Part shown: positions 1-12,135 of the stretch, piece by piece | How the letters are laid out: each line of letters begins with the position of its first letter | Numbering within the stretch: the first letter of the stretch is position 1 | NCBI RefSeq assembly: GCF_058153355.1 | Contig: NZ_CM177019.1 | Direction: 5' to 3' (one strand) | DNA: 64,000 nucleotides | Program-made: the position numbers and the translations under genes | Notes under the pieces: model-generated | Told to the model about the DNA's origin: nothing | The model's input: only the letters and a program-made list of their open reading frames with translations | Databases searched by the model: none

Positions 1-667
1 GGATAAAAGACTGCTCTTCGTCCAGAGCTTCCAGCTTGCGACGCAGGTTTTTAATGTGGCTGTCGATGGTGCGGTCAGTTACTACGCGGTAGTCGTCATA
101 AAGGTGGTTCAACAACTGCTCGCGGGAGAACACTTTTCCTGGTTCATGAGAGAGTGTTTTCAGCAGACGAAATTCCGCAGGCGTCAGGTCAAGCATTTTA
201 CCGCGCCATGAAGCCTGAAAACGACCTTCGTCGATAATCAACGGGCTTTCAGCATCCTGTTGCTGCAACTCGCGCTGCGGTTTGCAACGGCGCAAAATGG
301 TTTTGACGCGCGCTACCACTTCCCGTGGGCTGTACGGCTTGCAGATATAATCATCTGCGCCAATCTCCAGTCCGAGCAGGCGGTCTATCTCTTCGATTTT
401 TGCCGTCACCATCACGACAGGAACATCGGAAAAACGACGAATCTCCCGACACAACGTCAGGCCATCGGTGCCAGGGAGCATCAGATCCAACAGGATCAGA
501 TCCGGTGGTGTCTGGCGCACATATGGCAGTACCTGATCGCCGTGGCTGATAAGCGTCGGCGCATAGCTCGCAGCACGCAGATAATCAATAAGCAACTGCC
601 CCAGCTTCGGTTCATCTTCCACGATCAAAATACGTGGCGTGTTTTCGTCGATTGGTAACTCGGTCAT
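1..667 (-). CDS. baeR: Response regulator BaeR (OmpR family); 3' end lies beyond the window edge
   Basis: Reverse-complement translation from 667 reads [22 protein letters not shown] (receiver-domain N-terminus); ATGA overlap with the baeS stop at 664-667; no stop codon before position 1. Not in the ORF track because it is truncated. Confidence 0.9.
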   Translation of the reverse strand, partial: MTELPIDENTPRILIVEDEPKLGQLLIDYLRAASYAPTLISHGDQVLPYVRQTPPDLILLDLMLPGTDGLTLCREIRRFSDVPVVMVTAKIEEIDRLLGLEIGADDYICKPYSPREVVARVKTILRRCKPQRELQQQDAESPLIIDEGRFQASWRGKMLDLTPAEFRLLKTLSHEPGKVFSREQLLNHLYDDYRVVTDRTIDSHIKNLRRKLEALDEEQSFI

Positions 668-2067
668 ACTTCTCTCTGTAAATCCCGTTCCAGCGGTAAC
701 TCTACTGTAATGCTTACCCCGCCAAAAGGCGAATGAGCGGCAACAATGCGACCATTATGTGCTTCAACAATGTTAAGACAAATCGCTAGCCCCAAGCCGG
801 AACCGCCGCTGGCACGGTTGCGGGAACCTTCGGTGCGATAAAAACGCTCAAACAATTTTTGCAGTTGATCGTCACTAACGCCCGGTGCACTGTCGGCAAA
901 GGTCAGACGCACCGTTTTGTCATGTTGCTCGGCAGAGATATGCAGGCTGCCGCTGCTGTCGGTATAGCGCAGGCTGTTTTCCAGTAAGTTATTGAACAAC
1001 TGCATTAAACGATCGCGATCGCCAAATACGGTAATGCTGTCTGGCAGGGAAAATTGCAGTTTCAGCCCGCGGCTGGCGAAACGCTCACGAAATGCGCCAC
1101 CCGCGACTTCCAGTAGCGGGATCAGATCCACCGACGATTTCTGGTAGGCGAGAGCGCCTTCATCAGACATCGACAATTGATGAAGATCATCCACCAGTTT
1201 GGTCAGTGTACCGACCTCTGCCTGTAAAGAAGCCACCGTCTCCGGCGTGAATTTACGCACGCCATCCTGAATAGCTTCCAGTTCGCCGCGCAGTACTGCT
1301 AAAGGTGTGCGCAGCTCGTGGGAGATATCGGCCATAAAATCGCGGCGCATCTGTTGGTTTTTCTCCAGCGTGCTGGCGAGCTGGTTGAAGTCTTGCGCCA
1401 GTTTGCCCAATTCATCTTCACTGGTGGGCGTCACGCGAGTAGTGAAATCGCCCGCTGCCAGTTTGTGTGTACCGTCCACCAGTCGTTTGACCGGAGCCAG
1501 CAAACCGCGCGCCAGTGGGAATGTCGCCAGCGCCGCTAACAAGGTAGATAAAGCGACAATCAGCCAACTGGTTTGCCTCTGTTGTCTGTCAAAATTGATA
1601 TCGGTATTGCGGGTCAGTCGTTCAACAGGGGAGGCGATCACCGCACCCACTTCCGCCCCATTGACCATAATGGGCCGCCGTGTGCCGTCTGGTGGAATCG
1701 GTGCTCGCGGGCCAACCAGCACTTTGTTGTTTTGATCAACCACCCAGAATTGCGTGCGCCAACCGTGTGGCGGCATACCGGGGCCGGGCTTATCTTCGTT
1801 GTTATCATGCTCCAGCGAACGTAGGATCTGAAATACAAAGCGATCGTTATTACGCAGGAAGCGCCAGTTCCCGTGCTGGGCGTACTGCTCACCAAGCGCA
1901 TCGCCGAGCATTTGCAGCCGTTGTTCATTTCCATGCTTGATGTAATCGATAAAGCCGCGCTCAAAACTGATACGTACCGCCCAGTGCATCGTGATCAATA
2001 AGACAATGCAGGTGGCGAAAATCGCCAGAAACAGTTTGCCGGTAATACCGGGTCGCCAGAATTTCAT
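664..2067 (-). CDS. baeS: Sensor histidine kinase BaeS
   Basis: 467-aa ORF; N-terminal TM segment, HAMP-like region, H-box [12 protein letters not shown]-terminal ATPase G-boxes (GGSGLGLAI); start overlaps the mdtD stop. Confidence 0.93.
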   Translation of the reverse strand: MKFWRPGITGKLFLAIFATCIVLLITMHWAVRISFERGFIDYIKHGNEQRLQMLGDALGEQYAQHGNWRFLRNNDRFVFQILRSLEHDNNEDKPGPGMPPHGWRTQFWVVDQNNKVLVGPRAPIPPDGTRRPIMVNGAEVGAVIASPVERLTRNTDINFDRQQRQTSWLIVALSTLLAALATFPLARGLLAPVKRLVDGTHKLAAGDFTTRVTPTSEDELGKLAQDFNQLASTLEKNQQMRRDFMADISHELRTPLAVLRGELEAIQDGVRKFTPETVASLQAEVGTLTKLVDDLHQLSMSDEGALAYQKSSVDLIPLLEVAGGAFRERFASRGLKLQFSLPDSITVFGDRDRLMQLFNNLLENSLRYTDSSGSLHISAEQHDKTVRLTFADSAPGVSDDQLQKLFERFYRTEGSRNRASGGSGLGLAICLNIVEAHNGRIVAAHSPFGGVSITVELPLERDLQREV

Positions 2068-3479
2068 TGCGCGCTCCTTTTTCGCCGCGAAATAGCGACA
2101 TTTTGATGCGTATCGTTCGGCACTCTGGCAAAGACAAACGCCGGAAGGGCGATGATAAACGCCATGCTAAGCCAGGTGTACATAAAGACGGTTTGTGTGG
2201 TGCTGCTGTCTACACTGACATGCTGTGAACCAAAAAGCCCCAGCAACAGCCCGGCGATGGTGACGCCGATACTCATCGATAATTGCATAATCATCGACAG
2301 CAGGCTGTTGCCGCTGCTCGCCAGATTGTCTGGTAGATCTTTCAGCGTCAGGGTGTTCATGGAGGAGAAACGTGTCGAGTTGACCATTCCTTGTAAAAAC
2401 AGGACGAACGGCAAAACGTAGTACCAGCCCAGCAGAGCGGTAGTCATAAACAGCAGGGTGACCAGCGACAGGCCCAGCGTGGTCGCCACCAGTACCCGAC
2501 GGTAGCCAAAGCGATTCACCACCTGCACTACAATTCGCTTCATTCCCATGCTGCCGAGCACCATCGGGATCATCATCAGTCCGGCATGAAACGGTGAGAA
2601 GCCAAGGCCAATCTGTAAGAAAACCGGTGTCATAAAGGGCAACATGCCACTGCCGATACGTCCGGCAAAGCTCCCCGCCAGGCCCAGCGAAAAGGTACGA
2701 GTGCGGAACAGTTTCAGACTGAAAAGAGCGCGGTTGTTATTTCTGGCGTGCAGCAGATAAAGCACCAGTGCTACCACGCCAATTGCTGCCAGTCCGGCAA
2801 TCGCCAGCGGTGAAAGTCCCGTGCCTTTACTGCCATCCAGCGCCAGAGTTAATACCGCCATGCCAACCGCCAGCAATAAAAAGCCGGAGAGATCGAAGCG
2901 CCGCGTCTGCATGGTGTAGTTTGGCATTAACATCAGCGTGGCGATCGCACCGATAATCCCTACCGGTATGTTGATCAAAAAGATCCAATGCCAGGACGCG
3001 TATTCCACCAGCAGGCCGCCGAGCGCCGGACCCAATAGTGGGCCGACCTGACCGGGCAGCGTAACAAAGGTCATCGCCGCCATATATTGCTCGCGCGGTA
3101 CAATTTTCATCACCGTAAGCCTGCCGACCGGCACCATCATCGCGCCGCCAACGCCCTGTAACGCGCGTGCCAGCAACAGTTCGTTTAGCGTGGCAGAAAG
3201 CGCGCAAAACAGCGAACCGAGGGTAAACAGCACGATGGCGGTAAAGAAGATATTGCGTACGCCGACTTTGTCCGCCAGCCAGCCGCTGGCGGGCAGCATC
3301 ACCGCCACGGTCAGCACATAAGATACGATGACCATGTGCATATGTAGCGGACTTTCCCCAAGGCTTTGCGCCATTGAGGGAAGGGCGGTGTTTACGATGG
3401 TGGTGTCCAGCGACTGCATAAAGAAGCCGAAAGCCACAATCCACAATTGCCAGCGGGTGCTGTCGGGAAGATCTGTCAT
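2064..3479 (-). CDS. mdtD: MFS-family efflux transporter MdtD
   Basis: 471-aa highly hydrophobic ORF with many predicted TM helices; position between mdtC and baeS matches the mdtABCD-baeSR operon. Confidence 0.9.
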   Translation of the reverse strand: MTDLPDSTRWQLWIVAFGFFMQSLDTTIVNTALPSMAQSLGESPLHMHMVIVSYVLTVAVMLPASGWLADKVGVRNIFFTAIVLFTLGSLFCALSATLNELLLARALQGVGGAMMVPVGRLTVMKIVPREQYMAAMTFVTLPGQVGPLLGPALGGLLVEYASWHWIFLINIPVGIIGAIATLMLMPNYTMQTRRFDLSGFLLLAVGMAVLTLALDGSKGTGLSPLAIAGLAAIGVVALVLYLLHARNNNRALFSLKLFRTRTFSLGLAGSFAGRIGSGMLPFMTPVFLQIGLGFSPFHAGLMMIPMVLGSMGMKRIVVQVVNRFGYRRVLVATTLGLSLVTLLFMTTALLGWYYVLPFVLFLQGMVNSTRFSSMNTLTLKDLPDNLASSGNSLLSMIMQLSMSIGVTIAGLLLGLFGSQHVSVDSSTTQTVFMYTWLSMAFIIALPAFVFARVPNDTHQNVAISRRKRSAQ

Positions 3480-6400
3480 TTACTCGGTTACCGTTTGTTT
3501 AGGTTTACGCGAAAAACGCAGCCGCAGACGGTCAAAAAAGAGATACACCACTGGCGTGGTATACAGCGTCAGAAGCTGGCTCATTACCAGACCTCCGACA
3601 ATGGTGATCCCCAGGGGTTGGCGCAGCTCCGAGCCGTCACCGCCCGCCAATACCAACGGCAGCGCACCAAACAGCGCCGCCAGGGTAGTCATCATAATCG
3701 GGCGAAAACGCAGCAGACAGGCCTGGAAAATAGCTTCCTGCGGCGTCAGGTTACCGTGCCGTTGGGCTTCGAGCGCAAAATCGACCATCATTATGGCGTT
3801 TTTCTTCACGATGCCGATTAATAGCATGATCCCTATCAGGGCGATTAGGCTGAACGGGGCATTGAATAGCTCCAGCGCCAACAGCGCTCCAACGCCCGCC
3901 GAGGGCAGGGTGGAGAGAATCGTGAGCGGATGTACGTAACTCTCGTAAAGGATACCCAGTACGATATACACCGTGGCGATGGCTGCGATAATCAGGATCA
4001 CCTGCGAGTTCATCGTCTCCTGGAATACCTGCGCTGTTCCGGCAAAACTGCCGCGCACCGTCGAAGGCACACCTAGCTGGGTCATTGCGCGGTCAATCGC
4101 CGCACTGGCGTCCGAGAGCGATTTTCCGGTCGGCAAGTTGAACGAGATGGTCGAGGCCGCCGATAATCCCTGATGATTCACCGACAGCGGGGCATTCGCC
4201 GGTTGCCATTTAGCGAAATATGACAGCGGGATCGCTTTTCCTTCGTTATTAATGACGAACATTTTTTCCAGTGCACTGATGTCCTGGGTATAGCGCGGAT
4301 CCACTTCCATCACCACTTTATACTGGTTCATGGGCTGGTAAATGGTCGAGATTTGCCGCTGCCCGAAGGCGTTATTCAACAGGCTGTTGGCGGCCTGCAC
4401 GTCGATTCCCAGTCGTGCCATAGTGTCGCGGTCGTAAACCAGATTCATCTCCGCGCCGTTATCCTGCTGGTCGGAATTCACGTCCGCCAGTTCCGGTAAC
4501 GTTGCCAGTTTTTTGCGGATTTTCGGCTCCCATTCGCGCAGCGCCGCCAGGTCGTCGGAGAGCAACGTATACTGGTAACTGGCGTTCGACTGACGTCCGC
4601 CAACGCGAATATCCTGCACTGCCATCAGGAACAGATTCGCCCCCGGTTCTTTCGCCAGCTTCACCCGCAAACGGTCGATAATTTGCTGCGCCGTTTCGCT
4701 GCGTTCGTCGCGTGGCTTGAGGGTGATAAACATCATCCCACTGTTCACCCGCGAGCCACCGGTAAAGCCGGTGACATTATCCACTGCCGGATCGTCACGG
4801 ATAATTTTCATGAAATCCTGCAATTTGCCGCGCATCGCCTGAAACGAAATACTCTGATCCGCCTGTATCCCGCCCATCAGTACACCAGTGTCCTGCTCCG
4901 GGAAGAAGGTTTTCGGGATCGAGATATACAGCCAGATATTCAAAGCAATGGTGCCAAGCAGCACCACGCCCACCAGACGGGTATGATTGAGCACCCATTT
5001 CAGCGACTTGCCGTAGCCTTGTTGCAGAGCAACCAACATGCGACCAAAACCACGCAGACGCTTTTGCTCGCGCGGCTTGCTGGCTTTTAGCATCCAGCCG
5101 CACATCATCGGCGTTAACGTCAGGGAAACCAGCAACGAAATACCAATGGCGACAGAAAGCGTCACGGCAAATTCGCGTAACAGTCGGCCCGGCAATCCGC
5201 CCATCAGCAGCAGCGGCAGGAACACCGCCACCAGTGACAGACTCATCGACAGTACCGTAAAGCCGACTTCGCGAGTACCTTGCAGCGCGGCTTGCAACGG
5301 TTTCATTCCCGCTTCCAGATGACGGGCAATGTTTTCCAGCACCACGATGGCATCATCCACCACAAAGCCTGTAGCGATGGTCAGCGCCATTAACGAAAGA
5401 TTATTGAGACTGAAACCGCACAGGTACATCGCCGCAAACGTACCAATCAGCGAAACCGGCACCGCAACGGCGGGAATAATAGTGGCGCGACCCGAGCGCA
5501 GGAATAAAAAGACCACCAGAATCACCAGCGCCACCGAGATAATCAGCGTTTGCTCGACTTCCTCCAGCGAGGCGCGAATGGTGGGAGAGCGATCCTGGGC
5601 AATTTGCAGATCAATCGCCGCCGGAATGGTCTCCTGCAACTCCGGTAATTTTGCCCGGATGCTGTCTACCGTCTGGATAATATTGGCTTCCGGCAGCTTG
5701 CGGATCATCAGCAAAATAGCCGGTTTAGCGTTGGTCATCCCGGCGTTGCGCACATCCTGCACCGAATCGGTCACCGTCGCCACATCACCCAGACGAACCG
5801 CGCCGCCGTTGTTGTAATGAACAATCAGCGGTTGGTATTCGGCTGCGGTTTTTAGTTCATCGTTAGTCTGGATCTGCCAGCGGTGAGTGCCATCTTCCAG
5901 CGCGCCCTGCGGTTTACGCACGTTGGCATTGCTGATGGCAGTGCGCACATCGTCCAGTGACACGCCCTGATTAAACAGCGCCTGCGGATTCAGCCCAACG
6001 CGCACGGCGGGCAGTGAGCTGCCGCCAACATCGACATCACCGACACCGTCGATTTGCGAAATCGTCGGAGCCAACTGCGTCGAGGCAAAATCGTACAGTT
6101 CACCCTGCGAATAAGTATCGGATGTCAGCGTGAGGATCATAATTGGCGCATCCGACGGGTTCGCTTTGCGATAGGTCGGATGGCTGGGCATCCCACTGGG
6201 CAGCAAACTTTGTGCAGCGTTGATCGCCGCCTGCACATCGCGCGCTGCGCCGTTGATATCCCGGTCAAAATCAAACTGCAAAATAATACGCGTGCTGCCA
6301 AGCGAACTGCTGGAGGTCATTTCACTGACCCCGGCGATGCGCCCAAGTGAGCGCTCCAGCGGCGTGGCGACGGAAGACGCCATTGTCTCCGGTGATGCAC

Positions 6401-6557
6401 CGGGCAGCGAGGCGCTGACCATAATCACCGGAAAATCGACCTGCGGCAGCGGGGCGACCGGCAGCATACGGAAACCCAGTATGCCGCACAGGGTAATGGC
6501 GACCGACAGTAAAATCGTCGCCACCGGGCGGTAAATGAAGAGGGCAAAAAACTTCAC
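3480..6557 (-). CDS. mdtC: RND multidrug efflux pump subunit MdtC
   Basis: 1025-aa ORF with RND/AcrB-like architecture (TM segments alternating with large periplasmic loops); immediately follows mdtB. Confidence 0.94.
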   Translation of the reverse strand: MKFFALFIYRPVATILLSVAITLCGILGFRMLPVAPLPQVDFPVIMVSASLPGASPETMASSVATPLERSLGRIAGVSEMTSSSSLGSTRIILQFDFDRDINGAARDVQAAINAAQSLLPSGMPSHPTYRKANPSDAPIMILTLTSDTYSQGELYDFASTQLAPTISQIDGVGDVDVGGSSLPAVRVGLNPQALFNQGVSLDDVRTAISNANVRKPQGALEDGTHRWQIQTNDELKTAAEYQPLIVHYNNGGAVRLGDVATVTDSVQDVRNAGMTNAKPAILLMIRKLPEANIIQTVDSIRAKLPELQETIPAAIDLQIAQDRSPTIRASLEEVEQTLIISVALVILVVFLFLRSGRATIIPAVAVPVSLIGTFAAMYLCGFSLNNLSLMALTIATGFVVDDAIVVLENIARHLEAGMKPLQAALQGTREVGFTVLSMSLSLVAVFLPLLLMGGLPGRLLREFAVTLSVAIGISLLVSLTLTPMMCGWMLKASKPREQKRLRGFGRMLVALQQGYGKSLKWVLNHTRLVGVVLLGTIALNIWLYISIPKTFFPEQDTGVLMGGIQADQSISFQAMRGKLQDFMKIIRDDPAVDNVTGFTGGSRVNSGMMFITLKPRDERSETAQQIIDRLRVKLAKEPGANLFLMAVQDIRVGGRQSNASYQYTLLSDDLAALREWEPKIRKKLATLPELADVNSDQQDNGAEMNLVYDRDTMARLGIDVQAANSLLNNAFGQRQISTIYQPMNQYKVVMEVDPRYTQDISALEKMFVINNEGKAIPLSYFAKWQPANAPLSVNHQGLSAASTISFNLPTGKSLSDASAAIDRAMTQLGVPSTVRGSFAGTAQVFQETMNSQVILIIAAIATVYIVLGILYESYVHPLTILSTLPSAGVGALLALELFNAPFSLIALIGIMLLIGIVKKNAIMMVDFALEAQRHGNLTPQEAIFQACLLRFRPIMMTTLAALFGALPLVLAGGDGSELRQPLGITIVGGLVMSQLLTLYTTPVVYLFFDRLRLRFSRKPKQTVTE

Positions 6558-9500
6558 TTACGCCTCCTCTTCATGACGGACAAAGCGACTTTTGGTCCAC
6601 AATGCCAGGCGGTCGAATAGCAGATAAATCACAGGCGTGGTAAACAGCGTCAGCACCTGGCTAACAATCAGGCCGCCGACCATGCCGATGCCTAACGGAC
6701 GACGTAGTTCCGCGCCGACTCCGGTGCTCAACATCAGCGGCAGCGCGCCAAGCAGTGCCGCCAGAGTGGTCATCAGGATCGGACGAAAACGCAGCAAACA
6801 GGCCTGGTAAATTGCATCGCGCGGCGACATGCCTTGCTCGCGCTCGGCAGCCAGCGCGAAGTCGATCATCATGATGGCGTTTTTCTTCACAATACCGATC
6901 AGCAAAATAATGCCGATGATTGCGATCACATCCAGTTCGCTACCGGCAATCAGCAACGCCAGCAGTGCGCCAACACCTGCCGTTGGCAACGTCGAGAGAA
7001 TGGTGATCGGGTGAATAAAGCTCTCGTACAGAATGCCGAGCACGATGTACATCGCCACCACTGCCGCGACAATCAGCCAGACAGTGCTGCCCAATGCCGA
7101 CTGGAAGGCGAGGGGGCTACCCTGGAACTGCGTGGTGATATCCACCGGCAGATTCAGCGTCTTTTCGGTGTCCATAATCGCCTGCACCGCATCGCCCAGC
7201 GAATAGTTATCTGGCACGTTAAAGGAGATGGTCGTTACCGGGAACTGATCCAGATGGTTGATGGAGAGCGGCGCAAAACGCTGCTCAATTTTGGCAATTG
7301 AGCTTAGCGGCACCACGCCACCGTCGCTGCTGGTCAGGCGAATGGTATCCAGCGCCGCAAGCCCTGGGGTATTTTCGGTATTGTGCTCCAGCACCACGCG
7401 ATACTGGTTAGCCTGAGTATAAATGGTGGAAATCAGTCGCTGACCAAACGCGTTGTACAGGGCGTTATCGACGTCCGCCATGCTGATCCCCAGACGGCTG
7501 GCGCTGTCGCGATCAACATTGACATACGCCAGCAGCCCTTTGTCCTGCCAGTCACTGGAGACATCAGAAAGCTGTGGCAGCTGCTGGAGTTTTTCCACGA
7601 GTTGCGGAACCCAGGTGCTGAGCGCATCCAGCGATGTGGCCTGCAAGGTAAACTGGTACTGGGTGCGGCTGACCTGAGTATCAATCGTCAGGTCCTGCGT
7701 TGGTTGCAGGAAGAGATCGACGCCCGGCACTTTATCTACTGCTGTTTGCAAACGGGCGATGACTTTTTGCACCCGATCATCACGTTCATCCAACGGTTTG
7801 AGGTTGATCTGTAAACGCGCACTGTTCAGCGACGGGTTAGTGCCATCAACGCCAACAAATGAGGTCAGGCTTTGCACCGCCGGATCCTGCAATATCACGT
7901 CCGCGACCTGGCGTTGCCGCTGGGCCATATTGGCAAAGGAGCTGGATTGCGGTGCCTGCAAGGTGCCCTGAATAATGCCGTTGTCCTGTACCGGGAAGAA
8001 ACCTTTCGGAATGAACACCCACAATAGAACGCTCAGCAGCAGCGTGCTGAGCGCCACGCTTAAGGTCAGCCACGGATGATTCAGCACTTTCGCCAGTCCA
8101 CGACCATAGGCGGCAATTATCCTGTCGAACATTTTTTCCGAGGCCCGGGAGAAGCGGTTCTGTTTACGCAGCGACTCCTGGCTGAGCATCCGCGCGCACA
8201 TCATCGGTGTCAGGGTCAGCGACACCACGGCTGAGATCAAAATCGCTACCGCCAGGGTAATGGCAAATTCGCGGAACAGTCGCCCGACGATATCGCCCAT
8301 AAACAGCAGCGGGATCAGCACTGCAATCAGAGAGAAAGTCAGTGAGATAATGGTAAAACCGATTTCACCTGCGCCCTTGAGCGCCGCTGCCAGTGGTTTT
8401 TCGCCTTTTTCGATATAGCGGGAAATGTTTTCGATCACCACGATGGCGTCGTCGACAACGAATCCGGTGGCGATGGTTAACGCCATCAGCGTCAGGTTAT
8501 TGATTGAAAAATCGAGAAACACCATAACCGCAAAGGTGCCAATTAACGACAGCGGCACGGCGACGCCAGGAATGATAGTCGCCGGAATATTGCGCAAAAA
8601 AAGGTAGATAATCATGACTACCAGCGCGATAGCCATCATCAATTCAAACTGGGTATCGTTGACCGATGCGCGGATATTGGTGGTACGGTCAGAAAGTACC
8701 GTCACCTTCACCGATTTCGGCAGACTCTCGGTGAGCTGTGGCAGCATCTGCCGGATGCTGTCGGCGGTGGAGATAATGTTAGCACCAGGCTGGCGCTGAA
8801 CATTCATCACAATGGCCTGTTCTTTATTTGCCCACGCCCCAAGCCAGCTATTTTCTGCACCTTGCTCTACGGTTGCGACATCGCCCAGACGAATCGGCGC
8901 GCCGTTCTGGTAGGCAATAATTAGCTGGCGATACTCTTCGGCGGATTGCATCTGGTCGTTCGCGGAAAGGGTGACCGCGCGGGAAGGGCCGTCGAGGCTA
9001 CCTTTAGCCGAGTTAACGTTAGCGCCGGTAATGGCGGTGCGCACGGTTTCGCTGGTCAGGCCGAGGGCGGCAATCGCCTGGGCGTTAAGTTTGACGCGAA
9101 CAGCCGGACGCTGACCGCCGGAAAGCGTCACCAGCCCGACGCCGGAAATCTGCGAGATCTTCTGCGCGACGCGGGTTTCCACCATATCTTCCACTTGCGT
9201 CATCGGCATGGCGGTTGAGGTAACAGCGAGCGTCATGATCGGCGGATCTGCCGGGTTCACTTTGCTGTATACCGGAGGGTTAGGCAGATCGCTCGGCAAC
9301 AGGTTAGTGGCGGCGTTAATCGCGGCCTGCACTTCCTGCTCGGCGACATCCAGCGGCAATGTTAGCTGGAATTGCAAGGTGATAACTGACGCGCCGCCGG
9401 AACTTTGCGATGACATCTGTTTCAGGCCAGACATCTGCCCAAATTGGCGTTCGAGCGGCGCAGTAACGGCGGAGGTCATGACATCCGGGCTGGCACCTGG

Positions 9501-9680
9501 GTAGAGGGTGACCACCTGAATGGTTGGATAGTCCACTTCCGGCAGCGCCGAAACGGGCAGGGCGCGATAACCGATAATCCCGGCGAGTAAGATCGCCACC
9601 ATCAGCAGCGTGGTGGCAACAGGACGCATAATAAACAGGCGCGACGGACCGCCTGTGCTGCTCGGGGGTAACACCTGCAT
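6558..9680 (-). CDS. mdtB: RND multidrug efflux pump subunit MdtB
   Basis: 1040-aa RND-type ORF, paralogous to the adjacent MdtC ORF (shared motifs such as IMMAFFFT and [10 protein letters not shown]). Confidence 0.94.
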   Translation of the reverse strand: MQVLPPSSTGGPSRLFIMRPVATTLLMVAILLAGIIGYRALPVSALPEVDYPTIQVVTLYPGASPDVMTSAVTAPLERQFGQMSGLKQMSSQSSGGASVITLQFQLTLPLDVAEQEVQAAINAATNLLPSDLPNPPVYSKVNPADPPIMTLAVTSTAMPMTQVEDMVETRVAQKISQISGVGLVTLSGGQRPAVRVKLNAQAIAALGLTSETVRTAITGANVNSAKGSLDGPSRAVTLSANDQMQSAEEYRQLIIAYQNGAPIRLGDVATVEQGAENSWLGAWANKEQAIVMNVQRQPGANIISTADSIRQMLPQLTESLPKSVKVTVLSDRTTNIRASVNDTQFELMMAIALVVMIIYLFLRNIPATIIPGVAVPLSLIGTFAVMVFLDFSINNLTLMALTIATGFVVDDAIVVIENISRYIEKGEKPLAAALKGAGEIGFTIISLTFSLIAVLIPLLFMGDIVGRLFREFAITLAVAILISAVVSLTLTPMMCARMLSQESLRKQNRFSRASEKMFDRIIAAYGRGLAKVLNHPWLTLSVALSTLLLSVLLWVFIPKGFFPVQDNGIIQGTLQAPQSSSFANMAQRQRQVADVILQDPAVQSLTSFVGVDGTNPSLNSARLQINLKPLDERDDRVQKVIARLQTAVDKVPGVDLFLQPTQDLTIDTQVSRTQYQFTLQATSLDALSTWVPQLVEKLQQLPQLSDVSSDWQDKGLLAYVNVDRDSASRLGISMADVDNALYNAFGQRLISTIYTQANQYRVVLEHNTENTPGLAALDTIRLTSSDGGVVPLSSIAKIEQRFAPLSINHLDQFPVTTISFNVPDNYSLGDAVQAIMDTEKTLNLPVDITTQFQGSPLAFQSALGSTVWLIVAAVVAMYIVLGILYESFIHPITILSTLPTAGVGALLALLIAGSELDVIAIIGIILLIGIVKKNAIMMIDFALAAEREQGMSPRDAIYQACLLRFRPILMTTLAALLGALPLMLSTGVGAELRRPLGIGMVGGLIVSQVLTLFTTPVIYLLFDRLALWTKSRFVRHEEEA

Positions 9681-10927
9681 CAGGAGCGTGCTCCTTTTTT
9701 AGCGTATTCGCGGCTGGTGGCTTTCTCTTCCGAAGTGGTGGCGCTTTGAGCTTCAACCACTTCCACTTTCGCCCCTTCGGTCAGACGATCAATGCCATCC
9801 GTCACTACGCGGTCGCCTGCAGAAATACCTGCGCGGATCACCACTTTCTGACTGTCCTGAATGCCCGGCGTCACCAGATGTTTGCTGACCTTGTTTTCGC
9901 TATTCAGCACCCAGACAAAATGGCCTTCGTTGCCCATTTGCAGGGCGGCGGTGGGGATCACCACGGCGTTTTGTTCGGTGTCGACTAACATGCGCGCGTT
10001 AACAAACTGATTGGGAAACAGCGCATCATCCTGATTATTAAAGCGTGCTTTCACTTTAATCGTACCGGTAGTGGCATCGATTTGGTTATCGAGACTTAAC
10101 AGCGTGCCTTCACTTAATTTCTTCGAGTTGGTGCGATCCCAGGCTTCAACAACCAGCGGTTTTCCGGCTTTTTGCGCCTGTACTACGGTAGTGATATCGC
10201 TTTCCGGCAGGGTAAAGAGCAAATCGATAGGATGCGTCTGGGTGATCACCACAATTCCGGTGGTATCACCACTGGAGATTTGGTTACCAACATCAACCTG
10301 CTTGAGACCAACGCGACCATCGACTGGTGCGGTGATGCGGCTCCAGTCGAGTTGCAGCTGCGCACTGGCGACGCTCGCTTCATCAGCCTTAATGGTACCT
10401 TCGGTTTCACTGACCAGCGCCTGTTGGGCATCCAATTCCTGACGGGAGACGAGATTGGTTTTTGCCAGTTGCTGATAACGCGCTAAATCACGGCGGGCGT
10501 TGGCTAGTGTGGCTTTATCTTTTGCCAGTTGCCCCTGAGCTTGTGCTAATGCAACTTTGAACTGGCTGGGGTCAATTTCTGCCAGTAAATCGCCTGCTTT
10601 GACCTGCTGACCCTCCTGGAAATGTAATGCCATCAGTTGACCATCTACGCGACTGCGCACCGTAACGGTGTTAGCAGCGGTAATCGTACCAAGCCCGGTG
10701 AGGTAACGCGGAACCGCCTGTTCCACGGCAGTTGCTGCCTGAACCGGGGCCAATGGGCCGGAACGCATACCACGGCGGCCACCGGCTGGCGACTGCTGTG
10801 CTTGCTTCGTCGCACCTGGCGCTGCGCTCTGGGATTCATTGCGGCCTTGCCAGAACCAGAAAGCGGCGATGGCGGCGATAACCACCACGATTACGATTAC
10901 CCAACGGGATTTATAACTGCCTTTCAT
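9680..10927 (-). CDS. mdtA: Membrane fusion (periplasmic adaptor) protein MdtA
   Basis: Chosen start is the internal ATG at 10925-10927, giving 415 aa beginning [26 protein letters not shown] (N-terminal membrane anchor). The 464-aa ORF-track form is an in-frame upstream extension. Coiled-coil/lipoyl region typical of HlyD-family adaptors. Confidence 0.88.
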   Translation of the reverse strand: MKGSYKSRWVIVIVVVIAAIAAFWFWQGRNESQSAAPGATKQAQQSPAGGRRGMRSGPLAPVQAATAVEQAVPRYLTGLGTITAANTVTVRSRVDGQLMALHFQEGQQVKAGDLLAEIDPSQFKVALAQAQGQLAKDKATLANARRDLARYQQLAKTNLVSRQELDAQQALVSETEGTIKADEASVASAQLQLDWSRITAPVDGRVGLKQVDVGNQISSGDTTGIVVITQTHPIDLLFTLPESDITTVVQAQKAGKPLVVEAWDRTNSKKLSEGTLLSLDNQIDATTGTIKVKARFNNQDDALFPNQFVNARMLVDTEQNAVVIPTAALQMGNEGHFVWVLNSENKVSKHLVTPGIQDSQKVVIRAGISAGDRVVTDGIDRLTEGAKVEVVEAQSATTSEEKATSREYAKKGARS

Positions 10928-10980
10928 CGTTAAGAGTTTCTCTTCCTGAAACGTTTCGCGGAATGATACTAGTGTAGCCA

Positions 10981-10998
10981 GCCAATAAGGGAGAAAAA
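10981..10998 (-). promoter_or_regulatory. Candidate BaeR-binding box upstream of mdtA
   Basis: Minus-strand sequence TTTTTCTCCCTTATTGGC, 54-71 nt upstream of the mdtA ATG; close to the BaeR box consensus TTTTTCTCCATDATTGGC as I recall it (one mismatch). Confidence 0.4.
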
Positions 10999-11159
10999 TG
11001 GAGGAATTATGAAACACTGTCGGGAATCGTCTGAATGACGGGCACTTTTGCGAGCACGCATCCAGTAATAACACAGGAAACTATTTTATCTACGCGTTAG
11101 CGATAGACTGCATTAAGGGCAAAAGGAGGTAGGCCGACGATTTCAGCGGGACGCTGAAA

Positions 11160-11297
11160 CGGGAAAGCCCCTCCCGAGGAAGGGGCCTTAAATAAGGAAA
11201 GGGTCATGATGAAGTGGATCATCATCGTGGTGCTCTTAGTCGTTAGCTACCCAGCTTACTAAGACTACCAGGGCGGGGGAAACCCCGCTCAACCCTC
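11160..11297 (-). ncRNA. sib: Predicted Sib-type antisense RNA (antitoxin) covering ibs copy 1; ends approximate
   Basis: Minus-strand promoter-like TTGACA (plus 11328-11333), 17-nt spacer, TATTTT (plus 11305-11310); minus-strand hairpin GCCCCTTCCTCGGGAGGGGC followed by a T-rich tract near 11165-11195 as terminator; transcript fully overlaps the ibs ORF. Confidence 0.45.
11206..11262 (+). CDS. ibs: Ibs-family type I toxin, 18 aa (MMKWIIIVVLLVVSYPAY), repeat copy 1
   Basis: Short hydrophobic ORF with an MMK start and PAY C-terminus, preceded by an AAGGAAAGGG Shine-Dalgarno-like sequence; matches the Ibs toxin pattern. Too short for the ORF track. Confidence 0.75.
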   Translation: MMKWIIIVVLLVVSYPAY

Positions 11298-11487
11298 ACT
11301 CCTGAAAATATGCCTTCACGGTCAGAATGTCAATCCGCAGGCTTTGCAGTCTGCGATCCTGCCAGCAAATATTCTTTGCGAGTCGTTACGCAATAATCAC
11401 AGATGAAACTATTTTATCTAAGCGTTAGCGATAGACTGCATTCAGGGCAAAAGGAGGTAGGCCGACGATTTCAGCGGGACGCTGAAA

Positions 11488-11625
11488 CGGGAAAGCCCCT
11501 CCCGAGGAAGGGGCCTTAAATAAGGAAAGGGTCATGATGAAGATACTCATCATCGTGGTGCTCTTAGTCATTAGCTTACCGGCTTACTAAGACTACCAGG
11601 GCGGGGGAAACCCCGCTCTACCCTC
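11488..11625 (-). ncRNA. sib: Predicted Sib-type antisense RNA covering ibs copy 2; ends approximate
   Basis: Same architecture as copy 1, shifted 328 bp; -10 element is TACTTT. Confidence 0.42.
11534..11590 (+). CDS. ibs: Ibs-family type I toxin, 18 aa (MMKILIIVVLLVISLPAY), repeat copy 2
   Basis: Same features as copy 1, exactly 328 bp downstream. Confidence 0.75.
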   Translation: MMKILIIVVLLVISLPAY

Positions 11626-11815
11626 ACTCCTGAAAGTATGCCTTCACAATCAGATTGTCAATCCGCAGGCTTTGTAGTCTGCGATCCTGCCAGCAAATAT
11701 TCTTTGCGAGACGTTACGCAATAATCACATGTGAAACTATTTTATCTGCAAGTTAGCGATAGACTGCTTGCATGGCGAAAGGAGGTAGGCCGCCGATTTC
11801 AGCGGGACGCTGAAA

Positions 11816-11953
11816 CGGGAAAGCCCCTCCCGAGGAAGGGGCCTTAAATAAGGAAAGGGTCATGATGAAGCTACTCATCATCGTGGTGCTCTTAGTTATT
11901 AGCTGGCCAGCTTACTAAGACTACCAGGGCGGGGGAAACCCCGCTCTACCCTC
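11816..11953 (-). ncRNA. sib: Predicted Sib-type antisense RNA covering ibs copy 3; ends approximate
   Basis: Same architecture; TTGACA retained, -10 degenerate (TAACTT), so expression is less certain. Confidence 0.38.
11862..11918 (+). CDS. ibs: Ibs-family type I toxin, 18 aa (MMKLLIIVVLLVISWPAY), repeat copy 3
   Basis: Same features as copy 1, 656 bp downstream. Confidence 0.75.
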   Translation: MMKLLIIVVLLVISWPAY

Positions 11954-12135
11954 ACTCCTGAAGTTATGTTACTCCACCCTTATTGTCAATCTGTAAGTCC
12001 ACGTTCTTGCGGGGCGAATAGCAAAACCCTCTGCGCTTATGGGCCGAATTCTGAAAGTTGCTTTGCCTGCTCTTATTTCATTATTGCAGTCGGTATGATA
12101 CCGGACCTCAATAATTCTCTAAGAAAGGATTTCTT

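Larger units (their letters stand above)
11080..12010. repeat. Three tandem direct repeats (~328 bp unit) of the ibs/sib (former QUAD) type
   Basis: The same ~330-bp block recurs three times with a few substitutions; the ATGATGAAG start of the small ORF recurs at 11206, 11534 and 11862 (period 328 bp). Confidence 0.85.

Noticed and set aside
260-658. Plus-strand ORFs of 132 aa and 74 aa inside the baeR region
   Set aside because: They lie antisense to the clearly recognisable baeR coding sequence and have no recognisable family features; shadow ORFs.
9680-11074. 464-aa extended form of mdtA from the ORF track
   Set aside because: The N-terminal 49 residues lack signal or anchor character, whereas the internal ATG at 10927 is immediately followed by a typical membrane anchor and gives the expected 415-aa adaptor; the extension would also run across the putative BaeR box.
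11080-12010. Possibility that the three regularly spaced repeats form a CRISPR array
   Set aside because: The repeat unit is ~328 bp, far longer than CRISPR repeats of 24-48 bp, with no short repeat-spacer alternation and no cas genes nearby; each unit contains a small ORF and antisense promoter typical of ibs/sib loci.
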